Assembly (NCBI GenBank): GCA_964016885.1
Contig: OZ024743.1
Location: 236,902,001 to 236,966,000, forward strand
DNA: 64,000 nt
From: Eledone cirrhosa
Taxonomy: Eukaryota
Direction of reading: 5' to 3'
Of this stretch, positions 39,701 through 53,579 are shown piece after piece; within the stretch, counting starts at the first letter, position 1, and each line of letters opens with the position of its first letter. The notes beneath the pieces were generated by a model. That model ran no database searches, was not told where the DNA came from, and worked only from the letters and a program-made list of their open reading frames with translations. The position numbers and the translations under genes were made by a program.

Positions 39701-42700
39701 AGTATTGATTAGTCTGTCTAAGTCGAAAGACTGTCTTGTTATAGACAGCTACAGTATTGATTAGTCTGTCTAAGTCTAAAGTCTGTCATATTATAGACAG
39801 CTACAGTATTGATAATTCTCTCTAAGTCTAAAGTCTGTCTTATTATAGACAGCTACAGTACTGATTAGTCTGTCTAAGTCTAAAGTCTGTCTTGTTATAG
39901 ACAGCTACAGTAAAGATTAGTTTGTCTAAGTCTAAAGTCTGTCTTATTATAGACAGCTACAGTACTGATTAGTCTGTCAAAGTCTAAAGTCTGTCTTATT
40001 ATTGACAGCTACAGTATTGATTAGTCTGTCTAAGTCTAAAGTCTGTCTTGTTATAGACAGTTACAGTATTAATTAGTCTGTCTAAGTCTAAAGTTTGTCT
40101 TATTATAGACAGCTACAGTATTGACAATTCTGTCTAAGTCTAAAGTCTGTCTTGTTATAGACAGCTACATTATTGATTAGTCTGTCTAAGTCTAACGTCT
40201 GTCTTGTTACAGACAGCTACAGTACTGATTAGTCTGTCTAAGTCTAAAGTCTGTCTTGTTATAGACAGCTACAGTAATGATTAGTGTGTCTAAGTCTAAA
40301 CTCTGTCTTATTATAGACAGCTACAGTACTGATTAGTCTGTCAAAGTCTAAAGTCTGTCTTATTATTGACAGCTACAGTATTGATTAGTCTGTCTAAGTC
40401 TAAAGTCTGTCTTGTTATAGACAGTTATAGTATTGATTAGTCTGTCTAAGTCTAAAGTTTGTCTTATTATAGACAGCTACAGTATTGACAATTCTGTCTA
40501 AGTCTAACGTCTGTCTTGTTACAGACAGCTACAGTATTGATTAGTCTGTCTAAGTCTAAAGTCTCTCTTATTATAGACACTAAAAGTACTGATTAGTCTG
40601 TCTAAGTCTAAAGTCTGTCTTATTATAGACAGCTACAGTATTGACAATTCTGTCTAAGTCTAAAGTCTGTCTTGTTATAGACAGCTACAGTATTGACAAT
40701 TATGTCAAAGTCTAAAGTCTGTGTTGTTATAGACAGCTACAGTATTGATTAGTCTGTCTAAGTCTAAAGTCTGTCTTATTATAGACAGCTACAGTACTGA
40801 TTAGTCTGTCTAAGTCTAAAGTCTGTCTTGTTATAGACAACTACAGTATTGATTAGTCTGTCTAAGTCTAAAGTCTGGCTTATTATAGACAGCTACAGTG
40901 TTGTCAATTCTCTCTAAGTCGAAAGTCTATATTATTATAGACAGCTACAGTACTGATTAGTCTGTCTAAGTCTAAAGTCTGTCTTGTTATAGAGAGTTAC
41001 AGTATTGATTAGTCTGTCTAAGTCTAAAGACTGTCTTGTTATAGACAGCTACAGTATTGATTAGTCTGTCTAAGTCTAAAGTATGTCATATTATAGACAG
41101 CTACAGTATTGATAATTCTCTCTAAGTCTAAAGTCTGTCTTATTATAGACAGCTACAGTACTGATTAGTCTGTCTAAGTCTAATGTCTGTCTTGTTATAG
41201 ACAGCTACAGTAAAGATTAGTGTGTCTAAGTCTAAAGTCTGTCTTATTATAGACAGCTACAGTACTGATTAGTCTGTCAAAGTCTAAAGTCTGTCTTATT
41301 ATTGACAGCTACAGTATTGATTAGTCTGTCTAAGTCTAAAGTCTGCCTTGTTATAGACAGTTACAGTATTAATTAGTCTGTCTAAGTCTAAAGTCTGTCT
41401 TCTTATAGACAGCTACAATATTGATTAGTCTGTCTAAGTCTAAAGTCTGTCTTGTTATAGACAGCTACAGTATTGATTAGTCTGTGTAAGTCTAAAGTCT
41501 GTCTTATTATGGAGAGTTACAGTACTGATTAGTCTGTCTAAGTCTAAAGTTTGTCTTATTATAGACAGCTACAGTATTGACAATTCTGTCTCAGTCTAAA
41601 GTCTGTCTTGTTTTAGAGAGCTACAGTATTGATTAGTCTGTCTAACTCTAAAGTCTGTCTTGTTATAGACAGCTACAGTATTGATTAGTCTGTGTAGGTC
41701 TAAAGTCTGTCTTATTATAGACAGCTACAGTATTGACAATTCTATCTAAGTCTAAAGTCTGTCTTTTTATAGACAGCTACAGTACTAATTAATCTGTCTA
41801 AGTCTAAAGTCTGTCTTGTTATAGACAGCTACAGTACCGATTAGTCTGTTTAAGTCTAATGTCTGTCTTGTTATAGACAGCTACAGTATTGATTAGTCTG
41901 TCTAAGTTTAAAGTCTGTCTTATTATAGACAGCTACAGTACTGATTAGTCTGTCAAAGTCTAAAGTCTGTCTTATTATTGACAGCTACAGTATTGATTAG
42001 TCTGTCTAAGTCTAAAGTCTGTCTTGTTATAGACAGTTACAGTATTGATTAGTCTGTCTAAGTCTAAAGTCTGTCTTGTTATAGACAGTTACAGTATTGA
42101 TTAGTCTGTCTAAGTCTAAAGGTTGTCTTATTATAGACAGCTACAGTATTGACAATTCTGTCTAAGTCTAAAGTCTGTCTTGTTATAGACAGCTACATTA
42201 TTGATTAGTCTGTCTAAGTCTAAAGTCTGTCTTGTTATAGACGGCTACAGTATTGATTAGTCTGTCTAAGTCTAAAGTCTGTCTTATTATGGACAGTTAC
42301 AGTACTGATTATTCTGTCTAAGTCTAACGTCTGTCTTATTATAGACAGCTACAGTAATGATTAGTGTGTCTAAGTCTAAACTCTGTCTTATTATAGACAG
42401 CTACAGTACTGATTAGTCTGTCAAAGTCTAAAGTCTGTCTTATTATTGACAGCTACAGTATTGATTATTCTGTCTAAGTCTAAAGTCTGTCTTGTTATAG
42501 ACAGTTATAGTATTGATTAGTCTGTCTAAGTCTAACGTCTGTCTTCTTATAGACAGCTACTGTATTTATTAGTCTGTCTAAGTCTAAAGTCTGTCTTGTT
42601 ATAGACAGTTACAGTATTGATTAGTCTGTCTAAGTCTAAAGTTTGTCTTATTATAGACAGCTACAGTATTGACAATTCTGTCTAAGTCTAACGTCTGTCT

Positions 42701-45700
42701 TGTTACAGACAGCTACAGTATTGATTAGTCTGTCTAACTCTAAAGTCTGTCTTGTTATAGACAGCTACAGTATTGATTAGTCTGTCTAAGTCTAAAGTCT
42801 GTCTTATGATAGACAGCTACAGTACTGATTAGTCTGTCTAAGTCTAAAATCTGTCTTATTATAGACAGCTACAGTATTGACAATTCTGTCTAAGTCTAAA
42901 GTCTGTCTTATTATAGACAGCTACAGTATTGTCAATTCTCTCTAAGTCGAAAGTCTGTATTATTATAGACAGCTACAGTACTGATTAGTCTGTCTAAGTC
43001 TAAAGTCTGTCTTGTTATAGAGAGTTACAGTATTGATTAGTCTGTCTAAGTCTAAAGACTGTCTTGTTATAGACAGCTACAGTATTGATTAGTCTGTCTA
43101 AGTCTAAAGTCTGTCATATTATAGACAGCTACAGTATTGACAATTCTGTCTACGTCTAAAGTCTGTCTTGTTATAGACAACTACAGTACCGATTAGTCTG
43201 TCTAAGTCTAATGTCTGTCTTGTTATAGACAGCTACAGTATAGATTAGTCTGTCTAAGTTTAAAGTCTTTCTTAGTATAGACAGCTACAGTACTGATTAG
43301 TCTGTCTAAGTCTAAAGTCTGTCTTATTATAGACAGCTACAGTATTGATAATTCTCTATGAGTCTAACGTCTGTCTTATTATAGACAGCTACAGTATTGA
43401 TTAGTCTATTTAAGTCTAAAGTCTGTCTTGTTGTAGACAGCTACAGTATTGATTAGTCTGTCTAAGTCTAAAGTCTGTCTTATTATAGACAGCTACAGTA
43501 TTGATTAGTCTGTCTAAGTCTAAAGTCTGTCTTGTTATAGACAGCTACAGTATTGATTACTCTGTCTAAGTCTAAAGTCTGTCTTATCATAGGCAGCTAC
43601 AGTATTGACAATTCTGTCTCAGTCTAACGTATGTCTTGTTTTAGACAGCTACAGTATTGATTAGTCTGTCTAACTCTAAAGTCTGTCTTGTTATAGAGAG
43701 TTACAGTATTGATTAGTCTGTCTAAGTCTAAAGACTGTCTTGTTATAGACAGCTACAGTATTGATTAGTCTGTCTAAGTCTAAAGTCTGTCATATTATAG
43801 ACAGCTACAGTATTGATAATTCTCTCTAAGTCTAAAGTCTTTCTTATTATAGACAGCTACAGTACTGATTAGTCTGTCTTAGTCTAAAGTCTGTCTTGTT
43901 ATAGACAGCTACAGTAATGATTAGTGTGTCTAAGTCTAAAGTCTGTCTTATTATAGACGGCTACAGTATTGATTAGTCTGTCTAAGTCTAAAGTCTGTCT
44001 TGTTGTAGACAGTTACAGTATTGATTAGTCTGTCTAAGTCTAAAGACTGTCTTCTTATAGACAGCTACAATATTGATTAGTCTGTCTAAGTCTAAAGTCT
44101 GTCTTGTTATAAACAGCTACAGTAATGATTAGTGTGTCTAAGTCTAAACTCTGTCTTATTATAGACAGCTACAGTACTGATTAGTCTGTCAAAGTCTAAA
44201 GTCTGTCTTATTATTGACAGCTACAGTATTGATTAGTCTGTCTAAGTCTAAAGTCTGTCTTGTTATAGACAGTTATAGTATTGATTAGTCTGTCTAAGTC
44301 TAAAGTCTGTCTTGTTATAGACAGTTACAGTACTGATTAGTCTGTCAAAGTCTAAAGTCTGTCTTCTTATAGACAGCTACAATATTGATTAGTCTGTCTA
44401 AGTCTAAAGTCTGTCTTGTTATAGGCAGCTACTGTATTTATTCGTCTGTCTAAGTCTAAAGTCTGTCTTGTTATAGACAGTTACAGTATTGATTAGTCTG
44501 TCTAAGTCTAAAGTTTGTCTTATTATAGACAGCTACAGTATTGACAATTCTGTCTAAGTCTAACGTCTGTCTTGTTACAGACAGCTACAGTATTGATTAG
44601 TCTGTCTAACTCTAAAGTCTGTCTTGTTATAGACAGCTACAGTATTGATTAGTCTGTCTAAGTCTAAAGTCTCTCTTATTATAGACAGCTACAGTACTGA
44701 TTAGTCTGTCTAAGTCTAAAGTCTGTCTTATTATAGACAGCTACAGTATTGACAATTCTGTCTAAGTCTAAAGTCTGTCTTGTTATAGACAGCTACAGTA
44801 TTGACAATTATGTCTAAGTCTAAAGTCTGTCTTGTTATAGACAGCTACAGTATTGATTAGTCTGTCTAAGTCTAAAGTCTGTCTTATTATAGACAGCTAC
44901 AGTACTGATTTGTCTGTCTAAGTCTAAAGTCTGTCTTGTTATAGACCACTACAGTATTGATTAGTCTGTCTAAGTCAAAAATCTGTCTTATTATAGACAG
45001 CTACAGTATTGACAATTCTGTCTAAGTCTAAAGTATGTCTTGTTATAAACAGATACAGTATTGATTAGTCTGTCTAAGTCTAAAGTCTGTCTTATTATAG
45101 ACAGCTACAGTACAGATTAGTCTGTCTAAGTCTAAAGTCTGTCTTGTTATAAACAACTACAGTATTGATTAGTCTGTCTAAGTCTAAAGTCTGGCTTATT
45201 ATAGACAGCTACAGTATTGTCAATTCTCTCTAAGTCGAAAGTCTGTATTATTATAGACAGCTACAGTACTGATTAGTCTGTCTAAGTCTAAAGTCTGTCT
45301 TGTTATAGAGAGTTACAGTATTGATTAGTCTGTCTAAGTCGAAAGACTGTCTTGTTATAGACAGCTACAGTATTGATTAGTCTGTCTAAGTCTAAAGTCT
45401 GTCATATTATAGACAGCTACAGTATTGATAATTCTCTCTAAGTCTAAAGTCTGTCTTATTATAGACAGCTACAGTACTGATTAGTCTGTCTAAGTCTAAA
45501 GTCTGTCTTGTTATAGACAGCTACAGTAAAGATTAGTTTGTCTAAGTCTAAAGTCTGTCTTATTATAGACAGCTACAGTACTGATTAGTCTGTCAAAGTC
45601 TAAAGTCTGTCTTATTATTGACAGCTACAGTATTGATTAGTCTGTCTAAGTCTAAAGTCTGTCTTGTTATAGACAGTTACAGTATTAATTAGTCTGTCTA

Positions 45701-48020
45701 AATCTAAAGTTTGTCTTATTATAGACAGCTACAGTATTGACAATTCTGTCTAAGTCTAAAGTCTGTCTTGTTATAGACAGCTACATTATTGATTAGTCTG
45801 TCTAAGTCTAACGTCTGTCTTGTTACAGACAGCTACAGTACTGATTAGTCTGTCTAAGTCTAAAGTCTGTCTTGTTATAGACAGCTACAGTAATGATTAG
45901 TGTGTCTAAGTCTAAACTCTGTCTTATTATAGACAGCTACAGTACTGATTAGTCTGTCAAAGTCTAAAGTCTGTCTTATTATTGACAGCTACAGTATTGA
46001 TTCGTCTGTCTAAGTCTAAAGTCTGTCTTGTTATAGACAGTTATAGTATTGATTAGTCTGTCTAAGTCTAAAGTTTGTCTTATTATAGACAGCTACAGTA
46101 TTGACAATTCTGTCTAAGTCTAACGTCTGTCTTGTTACAGACAGCTACAGTATTGATTAGTCTGTCTAAGTCTAAAGTCTCTCTTATTATAGACAGCTAC
46201 AGTACTGATTAGTCTGTCTAAGTCTAAAGTCTGTCTTATTATAGACAGCTACAGTATTGACAATTCTGTCTAAGTCTAAAGTCTGTCTTGTTATAGACAG
46301 CTACAGTATTGACAATTATGTCAAAGTCTAAAGTCTGTGTTGTTATAGACAGCTACAGTATTGATTAGTCTGTCTAAGTCTAAAGTCTGTCTTATTATAG
46401 ACAGCTACAGTACTGATTAGTCTGTCTAAGTCTAAAGTCTGTCTTGTTATAGACAACTACAGTATTGATTAGTCTGTCTAAGTCTAAAGTCTGGCTTATT
46501 ATAGACAGCTACAGTGTTGTCAATTCTCTCTAAGTCGAAAGTCTATATTATTATAGACAGCTACAGTACTGATTAGTCTGTCTAAGTCTAAAGTCTGTCT
46601 TGTTATAGAGAGTTACAGTATTGATTAGTCTGTCTAAGTCTAAAGACTGTCTTGTTATAGACAGCTACAGTATTGATTAGTCTGTCTAAGTCTAAAGTAT
46701 GTCATATTATAGACAGCTACAGTATTGATAATTCTCTCTAAGTCTAAAGTCTGTCTTATTATAGACAGCTACAGTACTGATTAGTCTGTCTAAGTCTAAT
46801 GTCTGTCTTGTTATAGACAGCTACAGTAAAGATTAGTGTGTCTAAGTCTAAAGTCTGTCTTATTATAGACAGCTACAGTACTGATTAGTCTGTCAAAGTC
46901 TAAAGTCTGTCTTATTATTGACAGCTACAGTATTGATTAGTCTGTCTAAGTCTAAAGTCTGCCTTGTTATAGACAGTTACAGTATTAATTAGTCTGTCTA
47001 AGTCTAAAGTCTGTCTTCTTATAGACAGCTACAATATTGATTAGTCTGTCTAAGTCTAAAGTCTGTCTTGTTATAGACAGCTACAGTATTGATTAGTCTG
47101 TCTAAGTCTAAAGTCTGTCTTATTATGGAGAGTTACAGTACTGATTAGTCTGTCTAAGTCTAAAGTTTGTCTTATTATAGACAGCTACAGTATTGACAAT
47201 TCTGTCTCAGTCTAAAGTCTGTCTTGTTTTAGAGAGCTACAGTATTGATTAGTCTGTCTAACTCTAAAGTCTGTCTTGTTATAGACAGCTACAGTATTGA
47301 TTAGTCTGTCTAATTCTAAAGTCTGTCTTATTATAGACAGCTACAGTATTGACAATTCTATCTAAGTCTAAAGTCTGTCTTTTTATAGACAGCTACAGTA
47401 CTAATTAATCTGTCTAAGTCTAAAGTCTGTCTTGTTATAGACAGCTACAGTACCGATTAGTCTGTTTAAGTCTAATGTCTGTCTTGTTATAGACAGCTAC
47501 AGTATTGATTAGTCTGTCTAAGTTTAAAGTCTGTCTTATTATAGACAGCTACAGTACTGATTAGTCTGTCAAAGTCTAAAGTGTGTCTTATTATTGACAG
47601 CTACAGTATTGATTAGTCTGTCTAAGTCTAACGTCTGTCTTGTTATAGACAGTTACAGTATTGATTATTCTGTCTAAGTCTAAAGTCTGTCTTCTTATAG
47701 ACAGCTACAATATTGATTAGTTTGTCTAAGTCTAAAGTCTGTCTTGTTATAGACAGTTACAGTATTGATTAGTCTGTCTAAGTCTAAAGGTTGTCTTATT
47801 ATAGACAGCTACAGTATTGACAATTCTGTCTAAGTCTAAAGTCTGTCTTGTTATAGACAGCTACATTATTGATTAGTCTGTCTAAGTCTAAAGTCTGTCT
47901 TGTTATAGACGGCTACAGTATTGATTAGTCTGTCTAAGTCTAAAGTCTGTCTTATTATGGACAGTTACAGTACTGATTATTCTGTCTAAGTCTAACGTCT
48001 GTCTTATTATAGACAGCTAC
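36780..48020. repeat. ~5.6-kb tandem duplication (about 36780-42345 and 42345-48020; 105-109-monomer offset)
   Basis: GTCTTATGAT at 37341/42801 (5460 = 105x52). TACAGA at 39495/45111, GTGTTGTCAA at 40898/46514 and GTCTGCCTT at 41341/46957 (all 5616 = 108x52). GGTTGTC at 42121/47789 (5668 = 109x52). Confidence 0.9.
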
Positions 48021-51000
48021 AGTATTGCCAATTCTGTCTAAGTCTAAAGTCTGTCCTGTTATAGACAGCTACAGTATTGATTAGTCTGTCTAAGTCTAAA
48101 GTCTGTCTTATTATAGACAGCTACAGTATTGACAATTCTGTCTAAGTCTAAAGTCTGTCTTGTTATAGACAGCTACAGTATTGATTAGTCTGTCTAAGTC
48201 TAAAGTCTGTCTTATCATATACAGCTACAGTATTGACAATTCTGTCTCAGTCTAAAGTCTGTCTTGTTTTAGACAGCTACAGTATTGATTAGTCTGTCTA
48301 ACTCTAAAGTCTGTCTTGTTATAGACAGCTACAGTATTGATTAGTCTGTCTAAGTCTAAAGTCTGTCTTGTCATATACAGCTACAGTATTGACAATTCTG
48401 TCTCAGTCTAAAGTCTGTCTTGTTTTAGACAGCTACAGTATTGATTAGTCTGGCTAAGTCTAAAGTCTCTCTTATTATAGACAGCTACAGTACTGATTAG
48501 TCTGTCTAAGTCTAAAGTCTGTCTTATTATAGACAGCTACAGTATTGACAATTATGTCTAAGTCTAAAGTCTGTCTTGATATAGACAGCTACAATATTGA
48601 CAATTATGTCTAAGTCTAAAGTCTGTCTTGTTATAGACAGCTACAGTATTGATTAGTCTGTCTAAGTCTAAAGTCGGTCTTATTATAGACAGCTACAGTA
48701 CTGATTAGTCTGTCTAAGTCTAAAGTCTGTCTTGTTATAGACAACTACAGTATTGATTAGTCTGTCTAAGTCAAAAATCTGTCTTATTATAGACAGCTAC
48801 AGTATTGACAATTCTGTCTAAGTCTAAAATCTGTCTTGTTATAAACAGCTACAGTATTGATTAGTCTGTCTAAGTCTAAAGTCTGTCTTATTATAGACAG
48901 CTACAGTATTGACAATTATGTCTAAGTCTAAAGTATGTCTTGTTATAGACAGCTACAGTATTGATTAGTCTGTCTAAGTCTAAAGTCTGTCTTATTATAG
49001 ACAGCTACAGTACTGATTAGTCTGTCTAAGTCTAAAGTCTGTCTTGTTATAGACAACTACAGTATTGATTAGTCTGTCTAAGTCTAAAATCTGTCTTATT
49101 ATAGACAGCTACAGTATTGACAATTCTGTCTAAGTCTAAAGTCTGGCTTATTATAGACAGCTACAGTATTGTCAATTCTCTCTAAGTCGAAAGTCTGTAT
49201 TATTATAGACAGCTACAGTACTGATTAGTCTGTCTAAGTCTAAAGTCTGTCTTGTTACAGAGAGTTACAGTATTGATTAGTCTGTCTAAGTCTAAAGACT
49301 GTCTTGTTATAGACAGCTACAGTATTGATAATTCTCTCTAAGTCTAAAGTCTGTCTTATTATAGACAGCTACAGTACTGATTAGTCTGTGTAAGTCTAAA
49401 GTCTGTCTTATTATGGACAGTTACAGTACTGATTAGTCTGTCTAAGTCTAAAGTCTGTCTTATTATAGAGAGCTACAGTATTGACAATTCTGTCTAAGTC
49501 TAAAGTCTGTCCTGTTATAGACAGCTACAGTATTGATTAGTCTGTCTAAGTCTAAAGTCTGTCTTATTATAGACAGCTACAGTATTGACAATTCTGTCTA
49601 AGTCTAAAGTCTGTCTTGTTATAGACAGCTACATTATTGATTAGTCTTTCTAAGTCTAAAGTCTGTCTTGTTATAGACAGCTACAGTATTGATTAGTCTG
49701 TCTAAGTCTAAAGTCTGTCTTATTATGGACAGTTACAGTACTGATTAGTCTGTCTAAGTCTAAAGTCTGTCTTATTATAGAGAGCTACAGTATTGCCAAT
49801 TCTGTCTAAGTCTAAGGTCTGTCCTGTTATAGACAGCTACAGTATTGATTAGTCTGTCTAAGTCTAAAGTCTGTCTTATTATAGACAGCTACAGTATTGA
49901 CAATTCTGTCTAAGTCTAAAGTCTGTCTTGTTATAGACAGCTACAGTATTGATTAGTCTGTCTAAGTCTTAAGTCTGTCTTATCATATACAGCTACATTT
50001 TTGACAATTCTGTCTCAGTCTAAAGTCTGTCTTGTTTTAGACAGCTACAGTATTGATTAGTCTGTCTAACTCTAAAGTCTGTCTTGTTGTAGACAGCTAC
50101 AGTATTGATTAGTCTGTCTAAGTCTAAAGTCTGTCTTATCATATACAGCTACAGTATTGACAATTCTGTCTCAGTCTAAAGTCTGTCTTGTTTTAGACAG
50201 CTACATTATTGATTAGTCTGTCTAAGTCTAAAGTCTGTCTTGTTATAGACAGCTACAGTATTGATTAGTCTGTCTAAGTCTAAAGTCTATCCTATTATGG
50301 ACAGTTACAGTACTGATTAGTCTGTCTAAGTCTAAAGTCTGTCTTGTTATAGAGAGTTACAGTATTGATTAGTCTGTCTAAGTCTAAAGACTGTCTTGTT
50401 ATAGACAGCTACAGTATTGATTAGTCTGTCTAAGTCTAAAGTCTGTCATATTATAGACAGCTACAGTATTGATAATTCTCTCTAAGTCTAAAGTCTGTCT
50501 TATTATAGACAGCTACAGTACTGATTAGTCTGTCAAAGTCTAAAGTCTGTCTTATTATTGACAGCTACAGTATTGATTAGTCTGTCTAAGTCTAAAGTCT
50601 GTCTTGTTATAGACAGTTACAGTATTAATTAGTCTGTCTAAGTCTAAAGTTTGTCTTATTATAGACAGCTACAGTATTGACAATTCTGTCTAAGTCTAAA
50701 GTCTGTCTTGCTATAGACAGCTACATTATTGATTAGTCTGTCTAAGTCTAAAGTCTGTCTTGTTATAGACAGCTACAGTATTGATTAGTCTGTCTAAGTC
50801 TAAAGTCTGTCTTATTATGGACAGTTACAGTACTGATTAGTCTGTCTAAGTCTAAAGTTTGTCTTATTATAGACAGCTACAGTATTGACAATTCTGTCTA
50901 AGTCTAACGTCTGTCTTGTTACAGACAGCTACAGTACTGATTAGTCTGTCTAAGTCTAAAGTCTGTCTTGTTATAGACAGCTACAGTAATGATTAGTGTG

Positions 51001-53579
51001 TCTAAGTCTAAACTCTGTCTTATTATAGACAGCTACAGTACTGATTAGTCTGTCAAAGTCTAATGTCTGTCTTATTATTGACAGCTACAGTATTGATTAG
51101 TCTGTCTAAGTCTAAAGTCTGTCTTGTTATAGACAGTTATAGTATTGATTAGTCTGTCTAAGTCTAAAGTCTGTCTTCTTATAGACAGCTACAATATTGA
51201 TTAGTCTGTCTAAGTCTAAAGTCTGTCTTGTTATAGACAGTTACTGTACTTATTAGTCTGTCTAAGTCTAAAGTCTGTCTTGTTATAGACAGTTACAGTA
51301 TTGATTAGTCTGTCTAAGTCTAAAGTTTGTCTTATTATAGACAGCTACACTATTGACAATTCTGTCTAAGTCTAAAGTCTGTCTTGTTATAGACAGCTAC
51401 AGTATTGACAATTATGTCTAAGTCTAAAGTCTGTCTTGTTATAGACAGCTACAGTATTGATTAGTCTGTCTAAGTCTAAAGTCTGTCTTATTATAGACAG
51501 CTACAGTACTGATTAGTCTGTCTAAGTCTAACGTCTGTCTTGTTATAGACAACTACAGTATTGATTAGTCTGTCTAAGTAAAATATCTGTCTTATTATAG
51601 ACAGCTACAGTATTGACAATTCTGTCTAAGTCTAAGGTCTGTCTTGTTATAAACAGCTACAGTATTGATTAGTCTGTCTAAGTCTAAAGTCTGTCTTATT
51701 ATAGACAGCTACAGTACTGATTAGTCTGTCTAAGTCTAAAGTCTGTCTTGTTATAGACAACTACAGTATTGATTAGTCTGTCTAAGTCTAAAGTCTGGCT
51801 TATTATAGACAGCTACAGTATTGTCAATTCTCTCTAAGTCGAAAGTCTGTATTATTATAGACAGCTACAGTACTGATTAGTCTGTCTAAGTCTAAAGTCT
51901 GTCTTGTTATAGAGAGTTACAGTATTGATTAGTCTGTCTAAGTCTAAAGACTGTCTTGTTATAGACAGCTACAGTATTGATTAGTCTGTCTAAGTCTAAA
52001 GTCTGTCATATTATAGACAGCTACAGTATTGATAATTCTCTCTAAGTCTAAAGTCTGTCTTATTATAGACAGCTACAGTACTGATTAGTCTGTCTAAGTC
52101 TAAAGTCTGTCTTGTTATAGACAGCTACAGTAAAGATTAGTGTGTCTAAGTCTAAAGTCTGTCGTATTATAGACAGCTACAGTACTGATTAGTCTGTCAA
52201 AGTCTAAAGTCTGTCTTATTATTGACAGCTACAGTATTGATTAGTCTGTCTAAGTCTAAAGTCTGTCTTGTTATAGACAGTTACAGTATTAATTAGTCTG
52301 TCTAAGTCTAAAGTCTGTCTTCTTATAGACAGCTACAATATTGATTAGTCTGTCTAAGTCTAAAGTCTGTCTTGTTATAGACAGCTACTGTACTTATTAG
52401 TCTGTCTAAGTCTAAAGTCTGTCTTGTTATAGACAGTTACAGTATTGATTAGTCTGTCTAAGTCTAAAGTTTGTCTTATTATAGACAGCTACAGTATTGA
52501 CAATTCTGTCTAAGTCTAACGTCTGTCTTGTTACAGACAGCTACAGTATTGATTAGTCTGTCTAAGTCTAAAGTCTCTCTTATTATAGACAGCTACAGTA
52601 CTGATTAGTCTGTCTAAGTCTAAAGTCTGTCTTATTATAGACAGCTACAGTATTGACAATTCTGTCTAAGTCTAAAGTCTGTCTTGTTATAGACAGCTAC
52701 AGTATTGACAATTATGTCAAAGTCTAAAGTCTGTCTTGTTATAGACAGCTACAGTATTGATTAGTCTGTCTAAGTCTAAAGTCTGTCTTATTATAGACAG
52801 CTACAGTACTGATTAGTCTGTCTAAGTCTAACGTCTGTCTTGTTATAGACAACTACAGTATTGATTAGTCTGTCTAAGTAAAAAATCTGTCTTATTATAG
52901 ACAGCTACAGTATTGACAATTCTGTCTAAGTCTAAGGTCTGTCTTGTTATAAACAGCTACAGTATTGATTAGTCTGTCTAAGTCTAAAGTCTGTCTTATT
53001 ATAGACAGCTACAATACTGATTAGTCTGTCTAAGTCTAAAGTCTGTCTTGTTATAGACAACTACAGTATTGATTAGTCTGTCTAAGTCTAAAGTCTGGCT
53101 TATTATAGACAGCTACAGTATTGTCAATTCTCTCTAAGTCGAAAGTCTATATTATTATAGACAGCTACAGTACTGATTAGTCTGTCTAAGTCTAAAGACT
53201 GTCTTGTTATAGACAGCTACAGTATTGATTAGTGTGTCTAAGTCTAAAGTCTGTCATATTATAGACAGCTACAGTATTGATAATTCTCTCTAAGTCTAAA
53301 GTCTGTCTTATTATAGACAGCTACAGTACTGATTAGTCTGTCTAAGTCTAATGTCTGTCTTGTTATAGACAGCTACAGTAAAGATTAGTGTGTCTAAGTC
53401 TAAAGTCTGTCTTATTATAGACAGCTACAGTACTGATTAGTCTGTCAAAGTCTAAAGTCTGTCTTATTATTGACAGCTACAGTATTGATTAGTCTGTCTA
53501 AGTCTAAAGTCTGTCTTGTTATAGACAGTTACAGTATTAATTAGTCTGTCTAAGTCTAAAGTCTGTCTTCTTATAGACA

